This document shows, piece after piece, positions 14,410 to 28,390 of a stretch of 64,000 nt of DNA. The notes under the pieces are model-generated. The model saw only the letters and a list, made by a program, of their open reading frames with translations, searched no databases and had not been told where the DNA came from. Origin of the DNA: Eledone cirrhosa (Eukaryota); the NCBI GenBank assembly GCA_964016885.1, contig OZ024742.1, positions 115,940,001 to 116,004,000 on the forward strand, in the 5' to 3' direction. The translations under genes were made by a program, and so were the position numbers. Position 1 is the stretch's first letter, and each line of letters begins with the position of its first letter.

Positions 14410-15300
14410 TTGAGATATTCCACATTGATCCAATGTCTGGTAGTGTAGGATTAATCAAACGAACCGAAGAGTTGTTGTAGAAGTTGACCTTGTGGTCTTT
14501 AGAGTGTGAATTGCGGGTTTTCACCCAAAATGATTCTGTCCGCTCTTCAATCCTAAGGGTCCTGGCGATCTACTTTCCAACTGTGTTGTTTACAATCAGG
14601 GCCCTATCATCTGCCTTTTTGCAGGTGTTTGCGATGGCATTTTTTCCAGCCTCTGATACATCTCCTTGTCTACCTCATAAAGGTTTTAGATTTATCAGAA
14701 GGTATATTTTCTGGAGTTCATCCTTATGTAGGCCTGGAATGGTATGTTAACTCTACGGAAATGTATGTTTCTAATCATCCTGAAGAGGTCCTCCTAAAAT
14801 GGTTTCAGTAGGCTATCGGTGGTTGGTGTTATATTAGTCTTGAATCTAAACTTCTCCTCATTTGTAGATGCTAGAATGGGGTGGTCGAAGAGGAATCCCC
14901 ATATAATCCACTTGCTGAACGCTTCTGTACGCCTGAGCAGAGTTTTTAAGTACTGGTTGCTTGCTGGAATGGGGGTAATCTTAATAGAAGTGTCGATATC
15001 CAGCTTGGTTAGCATGTTTGCTTGGTCATGTATATAAAGGGCACGGTTAGATGTTAGTTGGTTCAGTCAGGGGTAACCACAGTAAGTAATTTACTAAAAA
15101 ACATTAGTAGTTCAGAAATATAATGTTTAATAGAAAACATGTTTTACAGGACTAGAACTGTTTCATTCAAAAAAATCACCAGGAAAGCCAACTGTCCTTG
15201 TAAAACAGCTGTAGTTATATGTTTTCTGGTGGGTTGGTAGAGTGATGTCATTTGGGGATGGGTAGAGGTCATTAGCCAAGGAACTTTAAAGGACAGCGAT
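14410..15300 (-). mobile_element. Decayed PLE 5' portion: N-terminal/RT-start coding (14410-15050) preceded by family F pLTR with a degenerate HHR (~15149-15189)
   Basis: KDHKVNFYNNSSVRLINP and SIKITPIP...FRFKT motifs typical of PLE ORFs; upstream sequence matches 29036-29330 and 52560-52730. Confidence 0.7.
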
Positions 15301-16542
15301 TCATTGAAAAAAACATATTTAGAAATGTACAAAATATATCCACATTTCATACATGTGTATATACAAGTGTATATCAGCAAACGCAATAACTCTTATCTCG
15401 ATGTATGCACCGTTTGTTCACACTATGAGTATAATTCATGTAGAATTGTTGGTATTTTCTTTGCTGCTGTTGATAAGGAGGATTTAGAACCCCTGGATAT
15501 CTGTGAGCGAGAAGACTTACGATCAAAGGCTGCAAGGCATAAAAATCCAATTATATATTTTCTGACTTCGTATATATATATCTTATGAAACATTATTAAA
15601 TGTGATCCTTTTTTTTTAAACTGGTAAAGTACGATTTGAGGGAGATGATGTTATTTCTAGCAGATCTCAGTACCACGTGAACGCATTTCTCATTGGCTCA
15701 TTCTATGATGTAGAAAATATGGTGTTATTTTTTTAAGCCCTTTTTTACTGCATATAAATGCATTTACGAAGCAAACTGTCTCGGGTTTTCTGCTCACATT
15801 TGTAATATCTCAGAAGTGTATCTCTAAATGTACATAACAGTGCAGTGTATATATTATACTATTCTCCTATTTATGCATTTCATAACATTTGTCTCATGTC
15901 ATATATTTGGGTTACTATTACCTGTGTCATATATTTGTTTTATAGTTATTTCTGTTTGATAACGAAGCTCATATTTTATGAATATGTATATAGATATTCT
16001 CCCCAATGCATGCTTATATAATGTTTCGCAGGTTGGTGTTTAAAACAAATGTTCAAAACTGTTTTCTGATTAAATTACTAACTGTTTGTCTATGCCATTT
16101 CCATAGTATTCAGTGTGATTCAATATTTGGTATATTGCCATTATAAGATTCACCGCTTCATGCTACATTTAAATTTTCCAGACAAGTTCCTTTTTCGTGT
16201 ATGTAATATTTAGTTTTCAGTCACAATTTATCTCTCTAGTTTATGACCTGAGCCAGTTAGTCATACGTGTAGTGTCTAAGTAAGTGAAAAGGTTTTGTTT
16301 TGTTTAGTTTTCTTTTTATTTCATTCGCTCTGACGTTATTTTCCATTAAAAGGTTTTTCTGCATTGTTTGTTTCTGTTACGCTAATACAAATAACTTAAA
16401 GGTTTCTTATATATGCGTTTCAGGCAATAAACCATTCTGCTTTTGGACAACTTGTAGCATATTCCTATCCAGTGTTGGAAACAGGCTACACTAAGTAGGG
16501 TGTATGACGTAACCCTACTTTTCAGTTCAGTTTATATTAAAT

Positions 16543-16750
16543 ATTTTGAAGAGAAGATCGTAGGATGTATATATGTGAAAGTATGTATATTTCCTCTGAT
16601 AGTTAGTAAAATGTTTACATAGATCTATATGATATACATATCAACACACATATATATCCTAGAAACGATCGTAAAATGATGAAATTTTTAATATAAGGAA
16701 CTTGTTCTTTGTTTGTATGCTTTGTTTTTATTAATTTATATATATATATC
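16543..16750 (+). mobile_element. Short element with long-helix-II HHR (16543-16677), ending in (TA)n
   Basis: TTGAAGA...taggatgtatatatgtg//cacatatatatccta-GAAAC GATC GTA-aaat; homologous to 63061-63275. Confidence 0.68.
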
Positions 16751-18649
16751 TCCATGTGTGTAAGAGTGTAATTTTGTGTTTGTATATATGTAGCTACTTT
16801 GAACAAGTAACATGTCTGAAACAAATCTCTACTTTAATCTGTCAACGTCGAAATATTTATATATGTTGTTATTCAAATAATTGTAGTGTATCAAACATAT
16901 GTCATTCTTATGTATCACCCTGTCCAATATCCTGACCTTTCTCTTTTTTCCCCTTACCATGCGTTCTTTGACTTCTGTCACAACACCTATCAAACTTAAA
17001 CACAGCACTTCTTACCAAATTAGCCTTCAACTTCATATGTCCATTCTTAGACGAAGAACAAGGCCAATGAAACCCTTCCTTTAAATTAGTTAATTTTAAC
17101 AACGCAGACGGTAAAAAAATGTCGCTGCAATAAGTATTAATAAGGACGGTAAAAATATATAAGTTCTTTAAAAATGTACTAACTACAAAAATATTGATAT
17201 TTATTTTATGTTTTGTAATAATTCATTCTACGTTTAATTTAATTGCAATTTCATTGGAGATTAGTGTACATATGGATTTGACAGAATTTTAGTGGAGCTG
17301 GTGTCATGACACATGTGGTAGTTGTCGAACTTTCGGAAACATATCTATTGGTATACTTGAAACATCGATTCTTTAAATGTCTCTTTATATCACTGATTGT
17401 CTATTTGTAACTTGATATGTTTAATATAAAGCAGTTTTCTTTTAATATCTTGTAATGCCCTATTCTCCGTACAGATTATTTCACAATTTAATTTTAAAAT
17501 GTGTCTATTGATATAAGGCGTATATGAACAATTGTCACTTCAATATCGATTATATTTAAAGAACATATGCGTATTTAATGAGGCTAAAACTGTCCTATGA
17601 TAAATGTATTACATAGTTTTTCCATTAATATTCAATATCAAATTTTTGAAATGTTTCTTAAAATTTTATTCCAGCATATAGATTTTTTTTTAATTATATT
17701 TTTTGTTTTATTCTTGAAAAAAGGCTTATAATCTCGGAAGCTAGGTGAGCAGATTGTTGAAATATCTATAGCTCACACGTGTACAGGTATTTCTAGATAA
17801 TTGCATCTATAGATTTGAAGATATGGTCCTGCCTCTGAATTAGTACATCATTAAAACAACAAATAATATGAATTTTTGATTAATATAATCCCGAAGCGAT
17901 CAATAAACTTTCTTGGATTTTGCATACGAATATGTATATTATAGTATACTTGGGAATGAATGAGACTGATTTAATGCTAAATTAATATATCAAAACGACG
18001 TCGAAACGTCAGTTCAATAATCCTTGCTAGATCAATCTTTGATCCTTGAGTAAAATTCTGGATACCAATACCTAGTTCACAAACTACATATCCATCACTG
18101 TTTCTATGTTCGCTTAGTCCCGTCTCTGGTTTCTCTGTTTGTACAACCGTTATGAAGGAAGAAGTCCTGTATTTACATCATGTAGATTTTCTCTTAAAAC
18201 ACAACAGAACCCTCTGTGTTCAGAGAACGTGAGGCCTCCTGTCTACATGGGACCGGTTGGGACCTAGCCCAGTAGACGTCCCTCCTCCTTCTCCCCCTGT
18301 TGACGTCAAGTGCCCCCAATGCGCTTGGGATGCCATCCAGTGCAGCCTGGCCTCAGACAGGCTCACGCACCAGCTCGACCAGCACCTCCTTGCTTGTTTT
18401 CGTGCGGCCTCCAAACCCTAGAGTGGTGTCTGGCGCCATGCCCTACCCCCCTTCTCCACTGGCACGCAGCTAGACAACCATAGCCCGTTGTAGTTGTTGT
18501 ATATAGATATTAACTCATCAATCCCATTGTCCTAATCCATAAAATTAAATAGACTTTGACTCTATAGTTGTTTCATCTAATGGAATATTAAATGTATAAA
18601 AATACAGAACTGATCGCATACTTATAAGATGCTGCTAAATGATGATAAA

Positions 18650-19735
18650 TATACTGCTCCACTGATATATCACTGATATTTTACAGTCAGTGTATTGATA
18701 TTCCACTGCCAATGTGTTACTACCCATTTTCAACGAGTTGATATTACACTCTGGTAATGTATTGATACACCACCCTATCAATGTGTTGATATCACACGGT
18801 ATTACGGTGCCAATATATTAAAAACATACTGTACCAACATAACTCATTATTGTGTCAATATATCAGGCGGTGGATTGGCAGTATCGGTAGAGAGTCGGAC
18901 GCCATGCTTTCCAGCATAGTTACGTCCCTTTACGATCTGAGTTCAAATCCCGCCGAGGTTGACTTTGCCGTTCATCCTTACGGGGTCGATAAAATAAAGT
19001 ACCAGTAATGCACTGGGTAATTTGCTGGCCTTGTGCCTAAAGTAGAAACAATTATTGTGTCAATATATTGATACCTCATTGTATCAGCAATATTTTGATA
19101 TCCCACTGTGCAAATAAATCGATATATAACCCTCATTCTATCGATACCCCATTGTGTCATATCATTAATAAACCATTGTGTGCATGAAACGATACAACAT
19201 TGTACCAATATGATAACCATGATAACTCTCTAGATGATTAGTTTAATACAGCAGTAAAATCAATATAAGGGCAATCCACTGTAATATTATATTCATTCTA
19301 CACTCCCACATTGTATTGATGTCTCACTTGTCAATAGTTCGATAATACACTGCATCAATATATATATATTCGAAAGACCTAGGAAATCTACCCAAACTGC
19401 ATGAAGTCTTAATTGTAAATTGGATGATATCGTACTAGAAAAGGTAATTACAATTAATTATTTCTCAGTTTACTACCTGACATATGCACTGTGTTATTCA
19501 ATTGATAAACCCAATCTCTAATGCAACGTATTCCTGTCGTACCAATGCATTAATACTTCATTATGTCAATGTTATAATATCTCATTGTTTCACTATAACA
19601 CTATCCCGCTTACAAACATATTTATAGATTACTGTTTGAATGTACTGATATCACACTTGATGCTGTGTATAAATAGCACCTACACTTAATGTATCGATAC
19701 ATCACTGTATAATATCGTCAAGTCTCACTGTGTTA
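18650..19735. repeat. Degenerate ~23-bp minisatellite (approx. CACTGTRTCAATRTATTGATAYC) interrupted by a SINE
   Basis: Recurrent cactg/tcaat/attgata units. Confidence 0.6.
18864..19050 (+). mobile_element. tRNA-derived SINE (family S1) with 18-bp TSD
   Basis: A box TGGCAGTATCGG, B box GAGTTCAAATCC; TSD attattgtgtcaatatat at 18846-18863 and 19051-19068. Confidence 0.92.
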
Positions 19736-20769
19736 GTTTATAGGTGGCGAATTGAAAAAATATAACCGCTTGGATCTTCCGAGAGCTCCTTTTTTATGCT
19801 TAATTTCATTGATTTCAACATTATCAAAGACAGTGAAACGACATGAAAAATACGTTGTCTAATTTAACGTCCTTTGGTTTTCTATTTAGGCAATGAGGTC
19901 AATGTAAAAATGGCCTCTTTGGAGTCAACCGAGATTGATTATATGAGGGAGGGAGGGAGTTATCTTTCTACCGGAGACCCAGCCCGAATACTTACATTAT
20001 ATAAATAAATAAATATAGATTCATGTTCACATAGCTTAATGTAAATGCTAATCGGGCCATCGAGGGTCTCTATATAATCGTTTGAAACAAAACGATGTTC
20101 CCTCAAATAAGGTTAGATGTTGTAGCCATGCGTACCATTCCCATTCAAAATAAGTGGTATGAAAACTGTCAAAATATCATTCATCTTATAAGTATGGGAT
20201 CAGTTTTAACCTGTGACTAAACATGAACAAACACAAAAAGAAAGTTTAATGAGCTTACACATTGTTCTCATTATTTCTTCTCGGTAAATATTATGTCGAA
20301 TTTCTTGAAAAAGTTCAGTCTATAGGTTAGCATTGTTGAAGCAAAATGTATGAGGAAAATAATGAATCATAGGCTTTGTATTTCAAGAGCAAATATATCA
20401 GAAAACTACAAAAGAGATAAACAGAAAAAAAAAGAAAGCAATATTGAAAGACTGTCCTTCCAGTTGATTGGCAGAAAGACACCAACACATTCAAACCATT
20501 AACCCATAAAGGCATTGTTTCTTATCTCTGCCAAATCTATCTCTAACACAATGATTCCCATTCTTTAAAAGTTTGGCTTGCATACGTTCAGGGTCGATAA
20601 ACTATAGTAACTGTCCAATGTATATATATAGTATCAGAAATGCAGTGTATATGGATGTGCGAAACAAGTCGTATTTTATGAGAGTCACTCGTGGAGAAAT
20701 CACACAAAATAATAAACACTGTCACGCCGTCCTCTAGGGCAAAGGTGCCCATTCCCAGTTGCTCTCCTC

Positions 20770-21800
20770 TAATCTACAGGCGTATTCTCAAGGCAGGCCC
20801 ATTCACACAAACATTGCACACTGCTCTTACTCGTCTTTCAACAAACTTTATAAACGACAGCACTTCCCGCTCTATCCTGATTTTACTCTTCAAGACAACC
20901 CTGAAATAGTTAATCAGGGCTTCGCCGCTGAGGAAAGTAGCTGTTTTCAATTCTGTCAAACGCGCCCACTACACGACCTCTTCGCGCCATGGCGCTCTGG
21001 TAAATAAAAAACTACCTTTCTTTCTCTTTTAAAGGAAGGTGGGAGACGATTTTCACAATGGTCTCAGATGGTAGTCGGAACCGTCCTACACCTGGCAGCA
21101 GGTGTTTGACATGCATGAAGACACATGTCAGCAATACTCGGACACGCAATGAGTGCATGTAGGAGGGTTTCGTCACTATGCGCACATCACGGACAGGCCC
21201 GCCTGACGGTACTTCCATGCCTATAGAGTTTATCTCGAACTGCCAAGGTACCTCGGTAGCACTGCTAAGCCATGTATTTCTGGATGTTTTCCGAGTAAAT
21301 TGGAATGTATGTCCTTTGGAAAAGAGTGGCAAGTTGATATTCTCCGATGTCCAGTGTCTCCCCAAGAACGATTGTCCGTCTTACATTCCACTAACTCTCT
21401 ATAGAACGCTAAACGTACTAGCCGATTGGCTATGAGCTGTGAGCGCTTGAAGACATTTCAGTCTCCAAGCGCTAACTCTCGGTCTTCGCTTAACCCAGGA
21501 CTGCAGCTCCGTTACGGAGACTAGATGGGTAAAGCGTGTCTAGCAAACGGCGACCAGACCTGTTCACTCTCAAAGAAAAGTTGGAGATGTCAAAACCCCA
21601 GATGATGTTTGCGCATCACCAGTAAAAGCATACCCAAAACTCCACTTAGCGGGTGTTGAAAGCAGATGGACTGCCTGGCCAATTGAACCTGACCCCATCC
21701 ACAAAAACGAAAGAGTAGGCACTCGAGTGCAATCAGGCGTAGGCTAGGACAAGCACAGTGACCAAGAGATAGCAGATGACGGACGCCGAGCAATCGTATA
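20770..21800 (-). mobile_element. Decayed Tx1/L1-clade LINE ORF2 3' region
   Basis: CPRCAHSDETLLHALIAC zf-RVT-like motif near 21140-21195; C-terminal KSKIRIEREVLSFIKFVERR. Confidence 0.62.
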
Positions 21801-21899
21801 CTGCTCAACAAGAGCACATTATCAAATAAAAAGAATTGTGAGTGAGTCACTAAATGTATACACCGCATACAAAAATGATACCTATAACTCAAACTAACA

Positions 21900-22770
21900 A
21901 ATGACCCTGGAGGATAGTGACCCAAACCTACCAAGCGCAGGCACCCAATCCACTCGGCATTCATAATGTAGCAGGAGAGTTAAGGCGAAAAATATAACAG
22001 ATGCTGAATTTGCTGACGACATAATTCTAGTGATAAACACAGTGAAGGAGGCAGAGGAGTTGATGCAGGAGGTGGAGATGTCGATAAGTGTGGGGCTGAG
22101 AATGAATGAGATTAAGATGGAGTATTTGGTAGGGAACAGTAAGAAGCCAGAGAAGATTATGAATGTAGGCGGGAAGCCGCTAGAGTTGGTTGAGGACTTC
22201 CTGTATCTGTGAGGAAAGATTGGGAACACAGAGGATGATATGGTTGAGATGAAGAGCAAAGCCTGAGCGACATGCCACAGTTTGCGATCAGTGTGTGAGT
22301 CGGACCTTCGTAAAGACCTGAAGAGCCGTCTCTTCGTTGCTACAGTTTGTGCAACTGTACGGGTCTGAGACTTGGACACTGACCAAGAAATTCGCTCGCT
22401 CAGATGGTGGATGTGTCCTACACGAGCATGCTGAGGATGGCTCTGAATATTTTACAGTATACACTGAGGATGAAGAATTCAGAGCTGTAATGGCGCCTCC
22501 CAAAAGTCAACTCGAAAGTAACACAGAGGAGACTGAGGTTCGCTGGGTATGCTCACCGACATCCAGAGTTGACACTGTACACAGTGCTCCAGTGGGAGGC
22601 CCTACACGGACACACTAGAAGAAAGAGAGCGAAGTTGACATATGTTGATGCCCTAACGAGAGATTCAAGTCTCTTGGAGACGCAGGACATGGCAGAGATG
22701 AGAAAGGACAGAGACCGCTGGAGAGAACTCGTTCATGGATCTCGGGAATTGTACTCGCCCTTGATAGCTA
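21900..22770 (+). mobile_element. RTE-clade LINE 3' fragment, frameshifted
   Basis: ITDAEFADDI, VEDFLYL, LYGSETWTLTK, DRDRWRELV. Confidence 0.88.
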
Positions 22771-22783
22771 CATATACACACAT

Positions 22784-22852
<69 letters not shown>

Positions 22853-23084
22853 TTTTAGTACGTGATGGCTGGTTAGTGACACTTCAGTATGCAGGGTAGA
22901 GCATTCAATGAAGTGTGCAGGTGAGCCTGTTTACTCCGAAGTTATTTAGAAATAAGTAGTGTAAGTCAAAAGGTAAAACTTAACTTGGTTTATTCATATT
23001 CGCTGTATATTTAGGTAATAACCATTAGTTAACAGCTATGACTTGATCAGACAGCTAGAAGTTGAATAGAAAAATCATAAAAAT

Positions 23085-23276
23085 ATAATTGTTTCTACTT
23101 TTGGCACAAGGCCAGCAATTAACCAGTGTATTACTGGTACTTTATTTTATCGACCCCGGAAGGATGAAAGGCAAAGTTAACCTCGGCGGGATTTGAACTC
23201 AGACCATAAAGGGCCGTAACTCTTTGCTGCAAAGCATGGCGTCTGACCCTCTACCGATACTGCCAATACACCGCCC
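23085..23276 (-). mobile_element. tRNA-derived SINE (family S1)
   Basis: Reverse complement of 18864-19056. Confidence 0.92.
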
Positions 23277-23657
23277 TAATACATAATGATAGAACAAAGT
23301 CTTAACATTCCAATAACAAGTCTATTGAATATCTTGACAGTTGTCCTGGAAGCAGGTCAGTTTGTTAGGGTTGGTTTTAACAGCCAACTATAACAACTGT
23401 ATAGGTTATTATAGTTGGTTGTTATAGAAAAATAGGTGTGTTTTCGCGTAGGTGATCTAGCTGACCTTCGTGGCAGTAGTGTTAATATGTTACTATCACT
23501 CATCATTTTGCTGTAGTATAAGAGTTGGTAGTGAAATATTCACATATGTAAACAGATATAGGTTCATTGGGAATGTTTATCAATATTAAGAGTCCCGATA
23601 ATATGAGGTGTAAACATTATAATTGTAGGTGTTAAAAATTATAAACCATAATTACAT

Positions 23658-23738
<81 letters not shown>

Positions 23739-23999
23739 CAGACACACGCACATATTTATATATACAAAATCTATATATAAATATATCCATATACACATAC
23801 ACACACACATACACACACAGGCACACATATAAGCACTTACACACATACGTATATACATACACACATACATAGAAACATATGTACCCTCTAGAGGGGTGAA
23901 AATAGAAATAACAGGCACTCCTTATTTACTTATCACAGTTTTTGACATTTATGTGCGAAAGGAATTAGATTGATGGTAATTTTTCCTTTTGAAAAGAGT

Positions 24000-24495
24000 A
24001 TTATAGACCGAGAGTGGATGGTGAAGTCCGGTGAGCGGACACGTGGTGATACCCAGTGTAGGACTCTGCCAACGTACATTTTCTTACTAAATAGCTAGTG
24101 GCTAGTTATTTTGGTCTGAAGTAAGGAATTGAGAAAGAACGGCAAACCACTGCGTGGTAAGACACAGGCACAACCGCTAAGTAATCGAGACAAGAAAAGA
24201 GGAGAGAGTTGGGTGGAGTGGGCAGGGTTGGTGTCTCTGGGGCTCAGTTTGGAGGTGGTGCTACCCATATAGCTTGAGGACGGATCCCGTCATTTGGTGT
24301 TGACATGCACCAAATAGGTCTGCTCACTAATATCTCAAGGGTCTCACTCAGACAGAGGCTGCAAATGCCAAACCCGCTTCCGTCTACAGGTACTTCCCTA
24401 ACTTTGGTCCAAACCAAAGTGCTCGGGATCTTGTCCAGCTTGAGCTTCCAAATCAATTCAGAAAGCGTCGTACTTTTACTTTTGTCGATCCTATT
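24000..24495 (-). mobile_element. PLE GIY-YIG C-terminal fragment and 3' region
   Basis: STTLSE..IWKLK...W...[11 protein letters not shown]. Confidence 0.62.
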
Positions 24496-24520
24496 AAATA
24501 TATATATATATATGTGTGTG

Positions 24521-24743
<223 letters not shown>

Positions 24744-24764
24744 GTATATGTATATATATATATG

Positions 24765-24825
<61 letters not shown>

Positions 24826-24837
24826 GTATATATATTA

Positions 24838-25446
24838 TGTCAGGTCACCAGTTGGGTCTACTGGTAACATGTATCCCAGTACAACCTGTCTCATGGGCGG
24901 GTCGTTGGCGACTAAACTGGCAACCCCACCACGGTTTCTTGGTGAGGAGGGTGACTTTGGACATCCTGCAGGACAAAAAACAAAACCTGTCAAAGGGCAG
25001 AGGAGCTCTTAAGAGTCAATGGCCATCCAAAATCACTGGGAGAGATGACCCCTTAGCCTTTGTCAAGGCAGAATTGTAGGAGAAGGAAAACTCTGATATA
25101 ACACCTGCAACTCTGATGGTATCCAATGATGTTGACTTGTTCTTCTTTTTGGTAAATATCATCTTGGTTAAGAGAGTGGGACTGGCTTCGTGCAGTGCCT
25201 TTGCTCACTATAAAAGCTTCATGGCACAGGCATTGCTTTATATCTGGAGATCTCTCTGCACATGTCGTCACATGGTACCATGGGCCCAGAACTATGTGTC
25301 AATAATTGTCACAGGTGTAATGTTTGTACCAGAGTTTTCAAGTCGCTGGCTGGACTAAAATATCACACTCGTTCAGCGCATCGGTAGGGGTTCTCCTACA
25401 TGGATATAAAGTAGTGGCCGTAATCGAAAACGAGTTGGCAGCCACA

Positions 25447-25447
<1 letters not shown>
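24838..25447 (+). mobile_element. Unclassified ~610-bp interspersed repeat (family G)
   Basis: Full-length inverted copy at 57115-57720 with the same ends; microsatellite-flanked. Confidence 0.8.
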
Positions 25448-25505
<58 letters not shown>

Positions 25506-25534
25506 TTTGAATGGATACAGTTTAGTTGAAAGGA

Positions 25535-26223
25535 ATTTATTGACACGTGTTTCTATAACAGTTACATAACCTAAAACAGCTGCTATCTACAAACTTTTAG
25601 TTATGCAGACATTCAATATTTCAATGTTATTATTTACTGTCATTTCTTCAGAATAATATTACTGAGGACCTATTTAGTTTTTATAGAGAATATTAGGAGG
25701 GAGGGGTGAAGTTTTAGAAGAATAGTTGAAGGAGTGGTTTTTCGATAGCAGTGAGAATTCTTGGTGGCAGTGAGTAATTAGATTCCCATCTGTTGTTTTG
25801 ACATTTTTTATAGAATATATTATTGGTTATTTTTCTAAATCTATAGAAGGATTAGTGATAGTAAAGATATGCGTGGTTGGTTTTGTGTTTGCACTTAATT
25901 AACATTCAGACTTAAATTGTTCTTTCAAGTGTACGTATCCTTTCACCCACGCATTCACACAAAAATATATTTGCACACCTCTACAAAATACATATACTCA
26001 CAATTCACATATTCATACTTACATATATATACATATGCATACACATATATATACACACATGTATTCATGTACATACATACGCGCTCATGTGTATACATTT
26101 TCATACTCAACTTATCTTTATATACACACGTATAGACACACACACATATACATACATACTCTAGTCCATGTGTACACACATACACATACATACACATCTA
26201 TATACACATATATACATACATAT

Positions 26224-26302
<79 letters not shown>

Positions 26303-26920
26303 CACTTTAATACATGAATACACTTACATCTAACTATACACATCAAACATATATATATATTTACTTATTTATATACATTTTCACATATATATACATACTT
26401 ATGGACGTTTTTAGACACATTCATTATCGCATATTTGCACCTATTCTCATCAGCATATCTTTCCATTATTAGTGTGGTAATTTAAGGTTATTAATATATG
26501 TTGAGAAGAGATTGTTTTTATATTTTTCTAACTAGATTATGGTTTATATAGTTGGGGGATGTCCCTCTTTTATGTAATATTCGGCTTGTAGTGGGAAAAA
26601 AGGGTTTTAGTTCTGTGACGGCAGAATAATGTTCGTTCAATTCTGTTATTCAGCAGTTTCTTCTTGTGTGTGATTATGTAATAAATCTCAAGATTACACA
26701 ATTTGCAGAAAGTTTGGCTCCTGGAAAAGCTTTGGGTTTTAGCTAATTTCTCCCATTTTAGGGTAAACTTTTGATCGCTATCCCTGAGCGTCCAAGCTTT
26801 TTCTGCTAAATTGTTACATTTCTTTGGCTCTGGTGTTTTATTGAGTAAGCATGCCTATATAATCGAGATTTAAACGATGTTGCCGTTGATCCCACGTAAT
26901 ACCACTCGTTGCCTCCGGAT
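25535..26920 (-). mobile_element. PLE family H 3' part (GIY-YIG C-terminus, 3' UTR, HHR at 25611-25654)
   Basis: FCKLCNLEIYYII...LLNNRIERTLFCRH; att-CTGAAGA-aatg..catt-GAAATATT; homologous to 50370-51895. Confidence 0.8.
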
Positions 26921-27200
26921 TATATATATATATACATGTGTGTGTGTGTTTATATGTATGTATGTATCTATTTCTCTCTATCTCTCTCTCTCTATATATA
27001 TATATATGCATCTATCTATCTCCGTCTGGGAAGAGATATATTCGATATGTCTCATATGAAATGATACAGCCAATTTTCCACACAATACAATTAGGTAGCA
27101 CCCCGAACGTTTAATTAGGAATATACTCACTTATTTCCTAATGTTTGTTGAGTGAGTTGGGATTTGGCCGGAGTATCGCTAAAAGCTTTCTCCCATAATG

Positions 27201-27266
<66 letters not shown>

Positions 27267-27267
<1 letters not shown>

Positions 27268-28145
27268 TAACTGAATTACACGCACCTTGCTGCGTTTCAC
27301 ACATTTTTTTTTTTTTTTCTGTAAGAACATGATAATTGATTCAATAGCAGTGATATAATTTATGGAGAAAAACTCTACATTTCAATATTACTGAATGTAA
27401 AATTTAATGCATGAAAAATTGGAAAACATTATATTTTGTAATATATAAGGGCAGTGGATTGGCAGTAACGGTAGAGGGTCGGACGCCATGCTTTGACGTA
27501 TAGAGTTACGGCCCTTGCCATTCTGAGTTCAAATCCCGCCGAGGTTAACTTTGCCTTTCATCCTTATGGGGTTGATAAAATAAAGTACCAGTAATACACA
27601 GGGTAATTGCTGGCCTTGTGCCAAAACTAGAAACAATTATTTTTTGTAATATATCAAATCAAAATTACATTATTATTAAATCATATTCTTATTTTGTTTC
27701 TTGTAAATAATTATTTTCAAAATATAAATACAAAACTTTTGTGAATAGGCATCAAATCTTGTTATTGGCGTATGGTTTAAATTTAATATAAATCGAAGAG
27801 AAAAATGTTCAGCGGAGGTTTGTGCCTCCCGGGAAGACTAATAGGGGGTTTAACCCCCATTAAGGTGTCTTAATATTATAGAAATTTGCTGAAATTTTGT
27901 GAATCGGCATCATAACTTTTCATTTACCTATGCTTTAAATTTAATATAAATCGAAGGGAAAAGATTTTCAGCGGGGGTATTGTGCCCCCGGGGAACCCTT
28001 TAATTGAAATGAAATATACTTATCCAAGTATCTTGGGCAATGTAGATTCAGATATGTATGGTTATGGCCATAGGAGAAGTTCGTGAACAAACAAACAAAC
28101 AAACAAACAATCAAACAGACAGGAATACAACATCTTATATATACA
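27267..28145 (-). mobile_element. Probable non-autonomous Helitron containing a SINE insertion and a ~157-bp internal duplication
   Basis: Minus-strand 3' hairpin acgca-gcaagg-tgcgt ~10 nt before TTAG|T; 5' tatatataa plus (GTTT)n tract; termini degenerate. Confidence 0.55.
27449..27635 (+). mobile_element. tRNA-derived SINE (family S1) with ~19-bp TSD
   Basis: A and B boxes; attatattttgtaatatat / attattttttgtaatatat flanks. Confidence 0.92.
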
Positions 28146-28390
28146 CTCATTTACTTTTTTACCTGTTCCAGCCATCCGGCTGAGGCCATGCTGGGGCACA
28201 GCCCTTGTTTAAAAATAGTAGTTTTCTTCATCCCTGGTGGGATATATATGCATATATATATATATATATATACATTTATATATATATATATATGTATGTA
28301 TATTATTACTATATATATATATAAGTGTGTTTGTGTGTGTGTATATGTGCGTGTGTGGGGGGTATATGTGTGTGTGTGTGTGTGTGTCCA

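Noticed and set aside
17965-18015. GAAACGTC preceded by CTGATTT; similar partial motifs near 4975-5040, 11540-11575 and 56081
   Set aside because: Core incomplete and helices I/II not supportable
18864-18960. tRNA genes at A/B-box sequences (also ~23190-23276, 27449, ~39060-39130, ~56590-56657)
   Set aside because: Heads of multi-copy SINEs with bodies, tails and in some cases TSDs; no complete cloverleaf
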